Assembly: GCA_000092065.1 (NCBI GenBank)
Contig: CP000585.1
Source: Ostreococcus lucimarinus
Lineage: Eukaryota
Length of the DNA stretch: 64,000 nucleotides
Direction: 5' to 3' (one strand)
Part shown: piece by piece, positions 38,445 through 49,700 of the stretch
Layout of the letters: each line of letters starts with the position of its first letter
Numbering within the stretch: the first letter of the stretch is position 1
Translations under genes and position numbers: made by a program
The notes under the pieces: model-generated
What the model was told of the DNA's origin: nothing
Database searches by the model: none
Seen by the model: only the letters and a program-made list of their open reading frames with translations

Positions 38445-41400
38445 TCACTGTGCCTTCTCGGCACGACACGCGTCAACTTCGCGCATAAGATTTTGATTTT
38501 CTCGCATGACGCGATGAAATTCGACTCGGCGCGAGTCCGCCTCCGCCTTGACTTGACGGCGTAGCGCCGCTATGGTCTTCTCTAAATGATCTCGCTGGCG
38601 CTTCGCTTCCATCTCGCAGGCTTCGTCTCTCCATGCTTCGAAGGCTTCATCGGTATTGATGTACTTGTGGTACATCGCCTTCACGCTTTCTTTGAGGAGT
38701 TTCGCGTCTTGAATGTTGTTCGCGCACTCGTGCAAATCGCGCTGGAACCTCTTTACGACGGCGGCCGAGTCAGCGCTTTGTTTGCGCGTCCGCAGAACGT
38801 CGCGCTGAAGAGCTTCACGTTGCGACTTGACATCGCGAACTTGCCTGACGAGCGCGGAATTTGAGTTGTAATACCTCAACAGTTCCTCATTCATGGCTTC
38901 AAAGTCCGATTCGCGAGCACGCACGCGCTCCTCCAAAGGACGCTGCTGCTCGCGCAAATCATCGGCTACTTTCGCGAGTTCGGCTACTTGTTTCTCGGCA
39001 CGAGCAAATTTCGCGTTTGCACGCACGAGGTTTTTATTCTTCGTCTCGATGGCTCGTTCGTGACTGTCGATGGTGTCATGTAAACTTCCCGCCTCTGCTT
39101 CGAGCGCCGCAATCGTCTCCGCCATCGTCGCCTTTTCCGCGCGCAAGGTTTCGATTTCTTGCAATCGTGCGTCTTCATTCTGCTTCACAACGGCATACTT
39201 GGTCTTTGTGACGCCGTTTTCTCCACGCAGAACCAAGCAACTATCGTGTTCACGCCTTACACGCGCCTCGTAGGTCGCCTTCAACTCTTCAATTTCGGCG
39301 TCGACTTCGGTGTCCATAACGCTTCTCGCGCGCTCGAAATCCTCGAGCATCAATTCGCGATCCTTCTGGAGACCGTCGATGTCTGACTTTAAGGTTGCTA
39401 TCCTCGCGTTAAACACTCCTTTCATGATTTCTATCTCCTTTTCGTGTTCATCGACAAGCTTCGTTTCCAGCTGTTCCCACTCAGCCTTCGCGGCGTCGCT
39501 TTGCATCTTGAGATCGTCGAATCGCCGCACTTCCGTGAACATTTTGCTCGTGTAATCATCTTCCGCCTCCGTGAGTCTTTTCTCGTGATCGTCTATCGTA
39601 CGCTCAAGTTCACGTTTCGTGTCTCGCACAATTGCATCACGCTCGCGCTCGAGCGCTGACACGCGTTGCTTCTCGTACTCAAGTAATCGTGTCGCCTCGT
39701 CCTCGGTCGACTTCACCTTTTCGTTCATCTCGGCTGTCTTTAACCGAAGTTGGTATTGCGACTGTAACGAAATTTCTTTCACCTGGTTTTGAAGCTCCAC
39801 TATACGTTGATTGAGTTCATCTAAGTCACATCGCGCAATGAGAACTTCGTCCGACGACAAGACATCGTCTTTTGACGCCATTCGCGGCGCGATTTCGCCA
39901 GCGCTTCGTTCTGCCGCGTCAGGTTTCACATCGTACGTGAACAAGCACCCATCGTCGCCAGCGCTGTGCAGCGTGGTCTCATCATAACTCAACTTCAACG
40001 ATGTGATGGGTTTGCCGTGTCCTGTGAATTCGACGTACTCACCCGTGAGTGGAATCTTGTACACGCGAACGCCGCCATTCGCCGTGGATGCGAACAATCG
40101 ATGCAAAGAGGCGCTGTACGCAACGTGCGTCAATGCGACGCCACCAGACGAGAACTCGCGCACGACTTTCAATTCATCGTCGAGCTCTTTCAATTTTGCG
40201 TCGCTGGAGCACGCGATGATTCCGCCTGTTTGTCGAACGACGGTGATGGAGGTGTACGCGCTGCCTTTGTGAACATGTTCGCGTCGGCGCGCTTTTTCAT
40301 CATCCTTGCTCGCGGCGCGCACGTCCCACTCGTAAATTGCGCCATCAGCGCCAGACGATATCAGTGTCGCGTCGTTATTATCCCACACAACCGATTTTAC
40401 TTTTCCACAATGACCTCGCAGCACCGCGATGGATTCAAACGTGAAGACGTGGTACACGTAAATAGTCGCGCCGACGGCGGATGCCACGAGATGTCCTCCC
40501 TTGGAAAACTCAACAACGCGACACGCCTTGAGCGCAAACTCTCTCACGACGCGGAAATCGCCGTTGAGAATATGCATAAGGCGCAACTTGTCGCTAAAAC
40601 CGACGCACGCGATCCAACCACTCGGATGAATAGACACGCAAAGCGGGTTGTCGAGAAATTCTTTCAACACCTCGCACTCGTTCGACGTCAAGTTCCATAA
40701 ACGCATCGATTTATCCGTCGCACTGACGCTGACCATGATGCGGCGTCGACGACAAATGTCCAACGACGAGACACCGTTGAGGTGTGCGTCCGGCAGCACG
40801 CGTTTGAACCGCATTTCGTTCGCTTGCATAATATCCGCATTCGTCAACGACAGCGCGAGCACGTGCTTGTTGTCCAGAGTACAGATTACGTTGTCACTAG
40901 AAGGAGAGATGCTCATCGCGACGACCGAGCGCGCTACCTGAGGCTCGAGCAAAGCCGGTTCATAGCCTTTAACTTGATCTCCATCCATGATCGACGGCAC
41001 TCCGCTGGTCGAGGTGTCGTACAAATCTTCATCTGCGCTCGCGCGCGCGGCGAGAGTCTTGACGCATTTGTACGCGCGTCCATTCTTGACCTGTTTTTTC
41101 GGTACTCGATCGACGATCACGACATCCCCTGAAGATCCTGCGGTTATAAAACCGTTTTTATACGACTCGACGCAGTTTACGCGCGTGCGTGCGTCGAGAT
41201 CCGACGCTGGGAGCGCGTTGCTCGTTTCGCCGCCGCCTCGATGCACGTTCAACTCATAAACGATTTCGTCGCCCTCCAAGACGATAACCTGTCCAGTGCT
41301 CGTACCGATGGCGACGTGCTTGTCGTCGCCCTTCAACCATAGGTGCGTCGTTGCATCACGACCTTCGTCTTTCACCAAAGTGTTCAATGCCTTCACCATC

Positions 41401-42128
41401 AGAGGTTTCACTGTCGTTTCATTTGCTCTGTACATCCTAAACACACCCCCGGCGCACACGGCGCTGATGACCCCCGGTTCGTGCGGGGAAAACGACGCGT
41501 GCTTTATTTGTAAAGTGGGATCGGAGACACGTTGCGCAGAAGAATGTTCACCTGCGACCGTGCTAACAACACGCCGAGGCGAGGGAAGTTCCACCGCCGA
41601 GCCGTCGACGACGTTCCAACAAACGAGAGCGTGCGAAGTCGTGCTGTATCCCAGTATCGAGCGCCCGTCTTCCGAAAAAGTCAAACCATCTAAAGACACA
41701 CGGTCGCCGACGCCACCGCTGGCGTTTACTCCCACGTGAGGCTTGGAGTCCATCGCACGCGTCAGCGTCCTTTTTTTCTTAAACGTCTGCGAATCGTACA
41801 TCGCGATGGAACACTCGCCGCCGTCGTCGAGCACCGCGACCGCGATCATCGACGACGATGCGTGCGCACACATAGCGCTCACCTCGCGCACATCCTTCGC
41901 GATCGGTAAGAATCGTTGCGTTCCGGTGGCAAAATCATACACCACCACCAACTTCCCCGCGACGTACGCCACCGACCCGTCGTCGATGAAGTGCGTTCGC
42001 CCTCGCGCACCGGCGTCGAGACCGAACGCCGCGCGCCGCCGCATCGCCATCCCACCTGTCCCCGCGCGTTTACTACCCGCTGGATTCGCTTCCATGACCC
42101 CACGCGCCGAGGTGTGCGCGCCCCGCAT
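38445..42128 (-). CDS. WD40-repeat plus long coiled-coil protein, cilia/flagella-associated-protein-like (CFAP57/WDR65-type architecture). 1227 aa.
   Basis: The N-terminal ~650 aa carry multiple WD repeats (VSATDKSMRLWNL, ISSGADGAIYEWDV, LHSAGDDGCLFTYDV). The C-terminal ~550 aa are continuous coiled coil. Size and domain order match CFAP57. ATG at 42128. Confidence 0.65.
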   Translation of the reverse strand: MRGAHTSARGVMEANPAGSKRAGTGGMAMRRRAAFGLDAGARGRTHFIDDGSVAYVAGKLVVVYDFATGTQRFLPIAKDVREVSAMCAHASSSMIAVAVLDDGGECSIAMYDSQTFKKKRTLTRAMDSKPHVGVNASGGVGDRVSLDGLTFSEDGRSILGYSTTSHALVCWNVVDGSAVELPSPRRVVSTVAGEHSSAQRVSDPTLQIKHASFSPHEPGVISAVCAGGVFRMYRANETTVKPLMVKALNTLVKDEGRDATTHLWLKGDDKHVAIGTSTGQVIVLEGDEIVYELNVHRGGGETSNALPASDLDARTRVNCVESYKNGFITAGSSGDVVIVDRVPKKQVKNGRAYKCVKTLAARASADEDLYDTSTSGVPSIMDGDQVKGYEPALLEPQVARSVVAMSISPSSDNVICTLDNKHVLALSLTNADIMQANEMRFKRVLPDAHLNGVSSLDICRRRRIMVSVSATDKSMRLWNLTSNECEVLKEFLDNPLCVSIHPSGWIACVGFSDKLRLMHILNGDFRVVREFALKACRVVEFSKGGHLVASAVGATIYVYHVFTFESIAVLRGHCGKVKSVVWDNNDATLISSGADGAIYEWDVRAASKDDEKARRREHVHKGSAYTSITVVRQTGGIIACSSDAKLKELDDELKVVREFSSGGVALTHVAYSASLHRLFASTANGGVRVYKIPLTGEYVEFTGHGKPITSLKLSYDETTLHSAGDDGCLFTYDVKPDAAERSAGEIAPRMASKDDVLSSDEVLIARCDLDELNQRIVELQNQVKEISLQSQYQLRLKTAEMNEKVKSTEDEATRLLEYEKQRVSALERERDAIVRDTKRELERTIDDHEKRLTEAEDDYTSKMFTEVRRFDDLKMQSDAAKAEWEQLETKLVDEHEKEIEIMKGVFNARIATLKSDIDGLQKDRELMLEDFERARSVMDTEVDAEIEELKATYEARVRREHDSCLVLRGENGVTKTKYAVVKQNEDARLQEIETLRAEKATMAETIAALEAEAGSLHDTIDSHERAIETKNKNLVRANAKFARAEKQVAELAKVADDLREQQRPLEERVRARESDFEAMNEELLRYYNSNSALVRQVRDVKSQREALQRDVLRTRKQSADSAAVVKRFQRDLHECANNIQDAKLLKESVKAMYHKYINTDEAFEAWRDEACEMEAKRQRDHLEKTIAALRRQVKAEADSRRVEFHRVMRENQNLMREVDACRAEKAQ

Positions 42129-42308
42129 CCCTTCGTCTAATTTTAGCCTCCGCGAGCGCGAGCGCTCGCGACGTCGTTAACAACGCCTCAACAAGCGCGC
42201 GCATCAACGCCCAGCATCATCGCTCTCGCGATGCCTCGACACGTCGCGCGTGATTCTCGCGCACCGACCATCGCGACTCCGCGCGGCCGTCATACATCCC
42301 ATCGCGCG

Positions 42309-42665
42309 CTAGTGGTCGTCGTGCGCCGAATCCATCATCTTCAGCTCGCCCCGCAACTGTTCCATCTTCAGCCCCATGCTCCGTCGCACGCGTCCTCTCG
42401 CGTCCTCGCTCGCCGCGCTCTCGAGTAATTTTTCATACGCCGCCATCGTCTTCTCCACGCACGCGCGCGCGTGCTCGGCGTCTTCGTTAAAGTACGTCGA
42501 CCCGACGCTCTCCATGGCGGCTTCGATTTCCTCTCGCGCCTCGGCGAACGCGTCGTTCACCTCGTCCTCGAGCGCTTTCCCGGACGCGAACGTCCGCGTC
42601 GCGCGCGCGACGTCGACGCGTCGTCGCGCGGCGGCGACCGTCGCGCGCGCGAGACGGCGCAACAT
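42309..42665 (-). CDS. Small (~118 aa) protein with a mitochondrial-type presequence; unknown function
   Basis: MLRRLARATVAAARRRVDVARATRTFASG... is an amphipathic Arg-rich presequence followed by a helical acidic domain. The ATG is at 42665; the ORF-track start at 42686 is GTG. Confidence 0.4.
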   Translation of the reverse strand: MLRRLARATVAAARRRVDVARATRTFASGKALEDEVNDAFAEAREEIEAAMESVGSTYFNEDAEHARACVEKTMAAYEKLLESAASEDARGRVRRSMGLKMEQLRGELKMMDSAHDDH

Positions 42666-42722
42666 GATGAATGAGCGAGTGAGCACGCGGGCGCGTCACA
42701 GAGTGCCGCGTCGCCGCGTCGT

Positions 42723-42726
<4 letters not shown>

Positions 42727-42758
<32 letters not shown>
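42727..42758. repeat. (GTC)~11 trinucleotide microsatellite in the 100-bp bidirectional promoter between the genes starting at 42665 (-) and 42768 (+)
   Basis: Direct reading of 42721-42760. Confidence 0.85.
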
Positions 42759-42760
<2 letters not shown>

Positions 42761-42767
42761 GCGCGAG

Positions 42768-43544
42768 ATGTCGATGGCGCGCGTCTTTCCGCGCGTCGCG
42801 TCGTCGCGCGCGCGGACGCCGCGCGACGGCGCGCGCGCGAGACGCGCTCGGCTGACGACGACGCGCGCGACGACCGAAAACGGCGGCGACGGCGACGCGG
42901 GCGCGAAGAAGGTCGGTCGGTTCGTGCGAAACGATGGCGCGACGCCGCGCGCGCCGCTGGGGAGCGGGCCGGGCGACGTCGGGCCCGCGGGCGTGGCGCC
43001 GCCGACGTCGACGATGAACGTCAAGGTGATTCCGCTGGAGGAGACGCGGTTCCAAGGCGTGGCGAACGCGGCGAAGGCGGAGACGGCGGCGGAGAGGAAT
43101 TATAGAATCGCGCAGTTGGTGGTGGGCGATTGCGCGGCGCTGCTGGCGTTCGCGGCGATCGGTCGGGGAAATCACGGGGAAGGGATGTACGCGGCGGATG
43201 TCGCGGCGACGGCGGCGCCGTTCGCGCTCGGGTGGTTCGGAGCGATGAAAATCGGGGATAGTTTCGGGAAAGACGCGCGGGGGAGCGATGGAATGAAAGC
43301 AGCGGTGAGCGCGGGAAAGACGTGGGCGGTCGCGGGACCCGTGGGTTTGGCTTTGCGCGCGCTCGGGAAAGGCGCGGCGCCGCCCGCGCCGTTCGTCGTC
43401 GTCTCGCTGACGTTCGCGGGTGCGTTTTTAATCGGTTGGCGCTACTGGTTCGCGAACTCGAAGAGCGACTCGGGGCGCGGAAACAAACAAGGCAACCCGC
43501 TCGAGTTCATGAACTTGCTCTTCGGCCTCGTCAAGCGCTGGTGA
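42768..43544 (+). CDS. Hypothetical organelle-targeted multi-pass membrane protein
   Basis: An Arg/Ala/Thr-rich transit-peptide-like N-terminus. It is followed by 3-4 hydrophobic helices (IAQLVVGDCAALLAFAAIG, AATAAPFALGWFGAMKIG, TWAVAGPVGLALRALG, FVVVSLTFAGAFLIGWRYWF). ATG at 42768. Confidence 0.5.
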   Translation: MSMARVFPRVASSRARTPRDGARARRARLTTTRATTENGGDGDAGAKKVGRFVRNDGATPRAPLGSGPGDVGPAGVAPPTSTMNVKVIPLEETRFQGVANAAKAETAAERNYRIAQLVVGDCAALLAFAAIGRGNHGEGMYAADVAATAAPFALGWFGAMKIGDSFGKDARGSDGMKAAVSAGKTWAVAGPVGLALRALGKGAAPPAPFVVVSLTFAGAFLIGWRYWFANSKSDSGRGNKQGNPLEFMNLLFGLVKRW

Positions 43545-44001
43545 ATCCGGGATCGTTCGTCGTCGTCGACATTCGACTCGGCGCGCGAGGATAAAGTCGC
43601 CGCCGCGAGCGAGCGATCGCCGCCGGCGGCATCGCTTTTGTAAGCACTATTCGTTTTAATCATTTTCACACGCTTTCTACATCGGTTCGTTCGCCCGCGC
43701 GATCGTCGCACCGCGCGCTGGATGCGCCGCGCCGCGTTCGGCGTTCGCGTTGACCCGCGCTCGACGCCGGGCAGCCAGTGGCAGCGAAGCCATGCATTCA
43801 CCGCAGAAGCGCTCGCTCGCGCGCGTGCGCCCGGTTTCGACGGCCGCACGACGCGCGCGCACTTGTGGCGTCGTCTTCGTCGCTCGTGTCGCGCCCGAGA
43901 CGCCTCGCACACGCGAGCGTCGACGTCAACGCGTCCGCTTCGTGAGATCGCCGGTCGCGGTGACGAGCGAATTCGCCTCGCCGTGATCGCGCGCGCGCGA
44001 G

Positions 44002-46521
44002 ATGGGGAGCCGTGGCAAGCGAATCGTCGAGATAGGTCCCGATGGAACGAGCGAAGGGAGCGAGGACGAGGCGTTCTGGGCGGAGCAGCCCGCGCACACG
44101 GCGAATCGAGCAGAGCGGAGGGCGGACGCCATGCGCGTGCTGGACGTGCAGTCGAACGATGACGCGAGCGCGGTGGCGCAAGCGTATCGAAAGTTAGCGC
44201 TGAGACATCATCCCGATAAACACCGAGGGGATCCGGACGCGGAACGGAAGTTTCGAGAGATCGTCAGAGCGTACGACACGCTGACGAGGGAGTACGGACT
44301 GTCGGGCGAAGCCGCAGCGACGGGATCGATGCAAGATAACTTTGCGAGCGCGGCAGACATGCGTGATTTTGCCGCGAGCTTTTTTGAGAGCTTTTTCTTC
44401 GGTGGAGGGTCGTTCGCGGGTGGTCGAGGCGGGGGCGGCGGTCGACGAGGGGAGTATGACGACGCGAGCAGTCGCGACTACGACGACGACAGCGAGGGCG
44501 ACTCTCTTCCTAGCTTGGATGACTACGACGACGACGACTACACCGACGACGAAGAGTATACGGATTTACACAACTTCTTCGGGAGCGATCCACCGCCAGG
44601 GTGGGCTTCGCGAGGGGCACCCGGCAAGTGGTTTGGACGTCCGGGGAGTAGTCAAGGGAGCGGGGGACGACCGTCCATGACGGATGATCAACTCTTTGAG
44701 CACTTGGAACAAATGCGTAAAGAAGCTGCGCGATACGCTGCGGAGCTGGCGAAGCAAGAGAACGAGGCTCGACGAGCGAATGAACCTCTGGAGAAGCTTC
44801 AACGCCCGACGCTGGTTTCGCGCACGGATGACTCCATTACGCTCAACTTGTACCGCACAAAATCTACCACGCAAACCTTACCGCAAGACAGGTGCTGGGA
44901 GCTTAGCTTAAAGAAAGAAAAGGAGCACAATTACACGGTGTTCACATCCGTCAAAGGCAAGACTGTAATTACGGTGGACGATTTATTACCGGGAACAAAG
45001 TACTGCTTCAAGGCTAGGGTAGGACGCGTAGACGAGTCCACCGGCGAGGTCACAGAATGGGGCCCGCATAGCGTAGAAAGTATGTACGTGACGTCTGGTC
45101 GAGCGCCGGTAGGAAATAGTGGGAAACAATCCGTCAGAGCAGAACACGAAGAAGTGGTGACTGAAGCCGGTATGGGGAAAAAGGCAAAAAAGCGCGCCGC
45201 GAAAGAGCAGGCCGAAAAGGAAGAGCGTGAGCGTCTTGCTGCTGCGGAGAAGGAAGGCAACACCACTGCAGCAGCAGTCGCAGATGAAGCTGCGGCTCGT
45301 CAGGCTGCGCTGCGTAAAGCTGCGGAGGAGGCCGCTGAGCGGGAGATGGCAGAGATGGAGGCTATTCGCAAGCGTGTCGAAGCATCGAAGAAACCGGACG
45401 TCAAAGCGGCAGCTTCTGCGGGTGAAGGTATCTCCAAGAAAGCAGCGCAGCGGAAAAAGAAGAAGGAACGCGCAAAGGCGGAGGAGTTAGCGAAAGAAGT
45501 CGAATCTAGTATGGGGTCAATGCCGACGGAGACGGATGAAGAGCTTGCCAGACGTTTGCAAGCCGAGGAGGATCGTTCTTCGATGTTAGGAAACAAGCAC
45601 ATGAGTGCACCTAAACCACCAGTACCGTCGGGACCCCCGCCGTCTTGGGCGGCAGCTCCTGCGATGCGAATGCCAGTGAAGAAACCTGAGCCAGTAGCGG
45701 TGCGTGGGCCACCCTCGGGCGTGCCTCTTCCGCCGCAGTCGGCGCCTCCGCTAGGTCAGAGTAGAATCCCCACACCACGAGCTGGTGAAGAAGGACACGC
45801 CCCTCCCCCTCTTCCACCAGGTCCTCGACCTCCGGCGTCGTATGGTGCGGCTGCTCCTGCGCCGCCTCCTCGGCATCGAGGTTCTCCGCCGCAAACCGGC
45901 GCTTGGGGCGTCGCGCAAAGCTCTGGAATTAGCTCCGCGAGCACCTGGGGCGAGACGAGGCCTGCAGTAGCGCCAGTGGTTGCGCCATCGCCGCAGCACG
46001 CTACGCCACCGCACCAGGCGCCGAGTCAACCCGCTTCTTGGAGTCCGGCGAACAGCAACTGGCAACCCATGGGCGCCGGCATGGGCGCTTTGCCCGTCGG
46101 CGATGTATTCGCAACGGACACGCAGCAAATGCCTCCACCATCCGCTGGTCTCTTCGTTGGCGGCTTGGAACAAAATTGGAATCCATCTGTGGCGCCCGCC
46201 GCGCACTGGGGCGGTCAATCATCGTGGAACGGAGGCAGCGGCGCTCCACCGCCGGCTCAAGGCGCGAGCGGCGCCGACTGGGGCCTGGGAGGTTTAGGCG
46301 TTAATGCCGATCTAAATGCTGGCACTCCGAGCTGGAGTGCGTTCGCCGGTACATCCCCCACCGCCGGGCCTGGTGTGTGGTCTACCCCGAACGATCTCTC
46401 CGTCGACGTCGGTCGCATGAACCTCGACGCCAGGCAGCAACAAGCCGCTCAGCGCAGTCCCGGCACCCCCGACGGCGACCCCAATCTCATCGATTCCAGT
46501 TTATTGAGTTTTCTAGGCTAG
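44002..46521 (+). CDS. DnaJ (J-domain) protein with an internal fibronectin type III-like domain and a Lys/Glu-rich then Pro-rich C-terminal half
   Basis: The J domain is SNDDASAVAQAYRKLALRHHPDKHRGDPDAERKFREIVRAYDTLT, with the HPD motif. The FN3-like beta-sandwich is YRTKSTTQTLPQDRCWELSLKKEKEHNYTVFTSVKGKTVITVDDLLPGTKYCFKARVGRVDESTGEVTEWGPHS. ATG at 44002. Confidence 0.8.
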   Translation: MGSRGKRIVEIGPDGTSEGSEDEAFWAEQPAHTANRAERRADAMRVLDVQSNDDASAVAQAYRKLALRHHPDKHRGDPDAERKFREIVRAYDTLTREYGLSGEAAATGSMQDNFASAADMRDFAASFFESFFFGGGSFAGGRGGGGGRRGEYDDASSRDYDDDSEGDSLPSLDDYDDDDYTDDEEYTDLHNFFGSDPPPGWASRGAPGKWFGRPGSSQGSGGRPSMTDDQLFEHLEQMRKEAARYAAELAKQENEARRANEPLEKLQRPTLVSRTDDSITLNLYRTKSTTQTLPQDRCWELSLKKEKEHNYTVFTSVKGKTVITVDDLLPGTKYCFKARVGRVDESTGEVTEWGPHSVESMYVTSGRAPVGNSGKQSVRAEHEEVVTEAGMGKKAKKRAAKEQAEKEERERLAAAEKEGNTTAAAVADEAAARQAALRKAAEEAAEREMAEMEAIRKRVEASKKPDVKAAASAGEGISKKAAQRKKKKERAKAEELAKEVESSMGSMPTETDEELARRLQAEEDRSSMLGNKHMSAPKPPVPSGPPPSWAAAPAMRMPVKKPEPVAVRGPPSGVPLPPQSAPPLGQSRIPTPRAGEEGHAPPPLPPGPRPPASYGAAAPAPPPRHRGSPPQTGAWGVAQSSGISSASTWGETRPAVAPVVAPSPQHATPPHQAPSQPASWSPANSNWQPMGAGMGALPVGDVFATDTQQMPPPSAGLFVGGLEQNWNPSVAPAAHWGGQSSWNGGSGAPPPAQGASGADWGLGGLGVNADLNAGTPSWSAFAGTSPTAGPGVWSTPNDLSVDVGRMNLDARQQQAAQRSPGTPDGDPNLIDSSLLSFLG

Positions 46522-46771
46522 CGATAGCGCTTCGCTTTCAATCGACTCTCTCTTTCTCGTCACCTCGCATCATTCGGACATCGCTCGCGTTCGACGCGCT
46601 CAAATCCGCGCAACCACCAACTCTGCAACTGTCGCAATAATCTGAGTATTCCAAACGCGCGCGCACTTCGACGCGCGCGCGTCGCCGGTTCCGCGCGCGC
46701 GCGAACGCGCCCACGCGAACGTTCGCGCGCGCACGACCGTCCGCGATCGCGAACGGCGTCGCCGCGCGGCG

Positions 46772-49700
46772 ATGACGCTGCGCTTTCGTCGTCCGCGCGT
46801 CGGCAAAGTTTGGGAACACGGCGCCGCGGTGGACGTCGTCGTCGAGCGCGCGGATGATTTCGATCGCGATCGCGCGCGCGAGTGTGAGATCTCGCTCGTC
46901 GGTCAAGGGGCGTGGATGCGAAGCTCGAAACACGCGACGCTTGGGAAGATTTCATTCCGCGAAGGCGAAGGCGAAGGCGAACGCGAGCTCGACGAAGGGA
47001 AACTGACGTGGCGCGTGCCGGAAGACGTGCCGAGCGGAGAGTACGAACTGAAGGCGAGCGTGCCGAACTCACGACCGGCGATCGAGACGACGACGCGGAT
47101 CGTGATCTCTGAAAGGATGAAGGCGCGACGGACGAGCGCGGGGACGTGCGAGGCGACGTGGGACGCGCGCGCGATTCCCGGAGATTACACGGCGGAAGAT
47201 GGATGGAAACTGGCGATTGATATCACGCCCGTGATTGAAGAAGGAGAGGATGTCAACGCAGTGGTGTCTCACGCGTTTATACTCGCCGCAGAGAGTGGAT
47301 TGAAGACGCACACGAAGGATGGGACGCGCATCTTGTGCGACATCTCAGAGGCTGAGCGAGAGAGTCGGCGCAAAACGTTGCGATTGCTTCCCAACCGCGC
47401 TTGTGATATCGCGCTTTGCGCTTTTGGGGACGAGTCAGATGCCATGGCGGATTACGTCACGTTGAGAGTTAGGGTGGACATGTCGCAGACGATGATGGAA
47501 GTGTGCGCGAGTGGGCATCCGTCGCAGACGATTTCGTCGCGGAGCGTGCATTCTGCAGACGGCTACTACTCCAGAAGTCCACCGATTAAATCGATAGAAA
47601 AGAAACCGGACGGCGAAGAGCTAAAAGATGTTACGAACATTGACGATAGGGAAGCGGTGCTGAAGGATGACTTGAGCTTGGGTCGCTGGGCCGCAGAGGA
47701 GAGCACCGACGGGTGGCGACAGGAGCCTGGTTTGAATGTTCTCGTCGTGCGCGCAGACGACTTCCAGCCAATCTATGAGTGTACATGGGACACCAGCGGT
47801 GGTGCGCGTCGCGCGAAAGAAATTGAGACGCAGTTACAGTCATTCATGAAGTCATTCTTTGACGGCGGCGCCGTCGACGTGGCTCGAAAAAGCGTGCCAG
47901 AACATTTTCTTTGCATCACCACCTGTGGTCAATGGAGCGGAGGGACGGCTAAAATTAGCGAAAAAATTTCAAAAGCGTTGCAACTCGTTCTCGTTGGAAT
48001 CCTAGGCTCGGACAAGGGCGACGATGGCGTGAGCGCGCGCATTCACAAAGCATTGGCAGTTCCAGACAAGCCTCTTGCCATCGCCGCTGTGTCTTATGGG
48101 AGCGCTCGAGACGAAGTGCACACGTGGGTTGACGTGAGCGAACCGAAAGGCAAAGCGATCATCAAAACGTCGTTGAGCAATTCCAACGGTGCGTGGTACC
48201 CTACGTTGATCCAGCGCGGCGAAGGCGAGCACGCGTCTGATTGGTACATTCCTTGGAGAAATTACGCGCGCGAAGGGTGGAGCGTATTAAGTGAAGACGC
48301 GCGAGTTCAACGATACTCACAACTGATAGGCGATATACGACACATGGTTTTCGATGCCGAAAGTGGTTCTCGAGTGAGCGTGTACAATTTGGTACGTGCA
48401 CTCGTCAAATACGCCTCACGGCGTAGTGGCGATAAATCGTTGGTACCGACGGTGGACATGCTTCTCGTTGAAATTATTCTTTCGCGTGGAGCGCTGGCGG
48501 TTGTCGAGTGCGTCAATGCTGGTGCGGTTGAGTATGTCGTTGATAGAGTGCTTTCGTGCGTGCGCGAAGATGCCACCCACGACAAGTTGGAGGTGCTAGA
48601 TAAGGCGTACATCAAATCGCTTCTCAAATTGCTCACCGTGGACGATTTTGCGATGTATGCGGAAGGCATTCGCAGAGGCGCCGCGGATGCTGCATTGCGC
48701 GTGATTCATGCGTTTTGGAACGGGAGTTCCACATTCTTTGATAGTAACTCGCGCGAGATGCTCTCACAGCTAGCGGAGCACATGGCGCTCACAGATTTAG
48801 CCACTGTGCGCATGGTTGCCAAAGACGAACACTCAATGACTGCTTTTACCGCCATTCGGTCGAGTTTAACTTGTGCGGCGCCTTACTCAGGAGAGATCTC
48901 TGGCAAAGTCCACATTCTAGACATCTTGCCAGCGAACGAACAAGACGGACTGATTGAGTTGCCGACATCGCCGAGGACAAATGATGACGTCTCACCAGTA
49001 ATGACGCCGGCGCAGAAAATATTGCAGGCGTACGACGAAATTTGGGAAGGCGGCGAGTCACCGGATAAAGATGGTGATAAGGAGTGGACAATGGTAGAAA
49101 CCGGCGCCGATCAAGTGAATCAACCTGACAACGCAGCGTCAAGCTCGCTTCAAATAGAGGAACCCGTCATGCACACCCCAGAACCGATCAAACGAACAAT
49201 GTCCGGACAGATCGAGTCAGCGCCTGAGCAACCTCTCGACGGTATAGTCATTCTTTGTGCAAAAGGCGGCGACTGGAACACGCATATTTCGATGATTCGA
49301 CAAGCTCCCAGACTCATGTGGCGCGCTCGTGAACGCGGCGCTCGCGCTGTCATTTTTACGTGGCCTCGACGCGGGTTGGCGTGTGTACCGGTTCAGCCGT
49401 TGTTATCGAGTCCAAACTTCGACAACGTGACGAACATTCCAAGCTTCGTCATGTGCGCGGAGTCACTGACACGGTTGCTTCAGTTTTCCGATGACTGCAC
49501 TCTAAAAATTGAGATCCCTCCGAATGGTCTGGTTGGCACCGCTGAAGCGCTCGCAAAGCGAATCGGGAACCAGCTCATGGCGGCGTGCGCAGATCGACCA
49601 CCGCCCATGACGCCGTCTGTTACACCGCCAATCGCCGGTCGTTTTCGCGGCCGATTTAAGCACACTGATGCGCAGACTCTTCTTCCACGTGAAGACGTCT

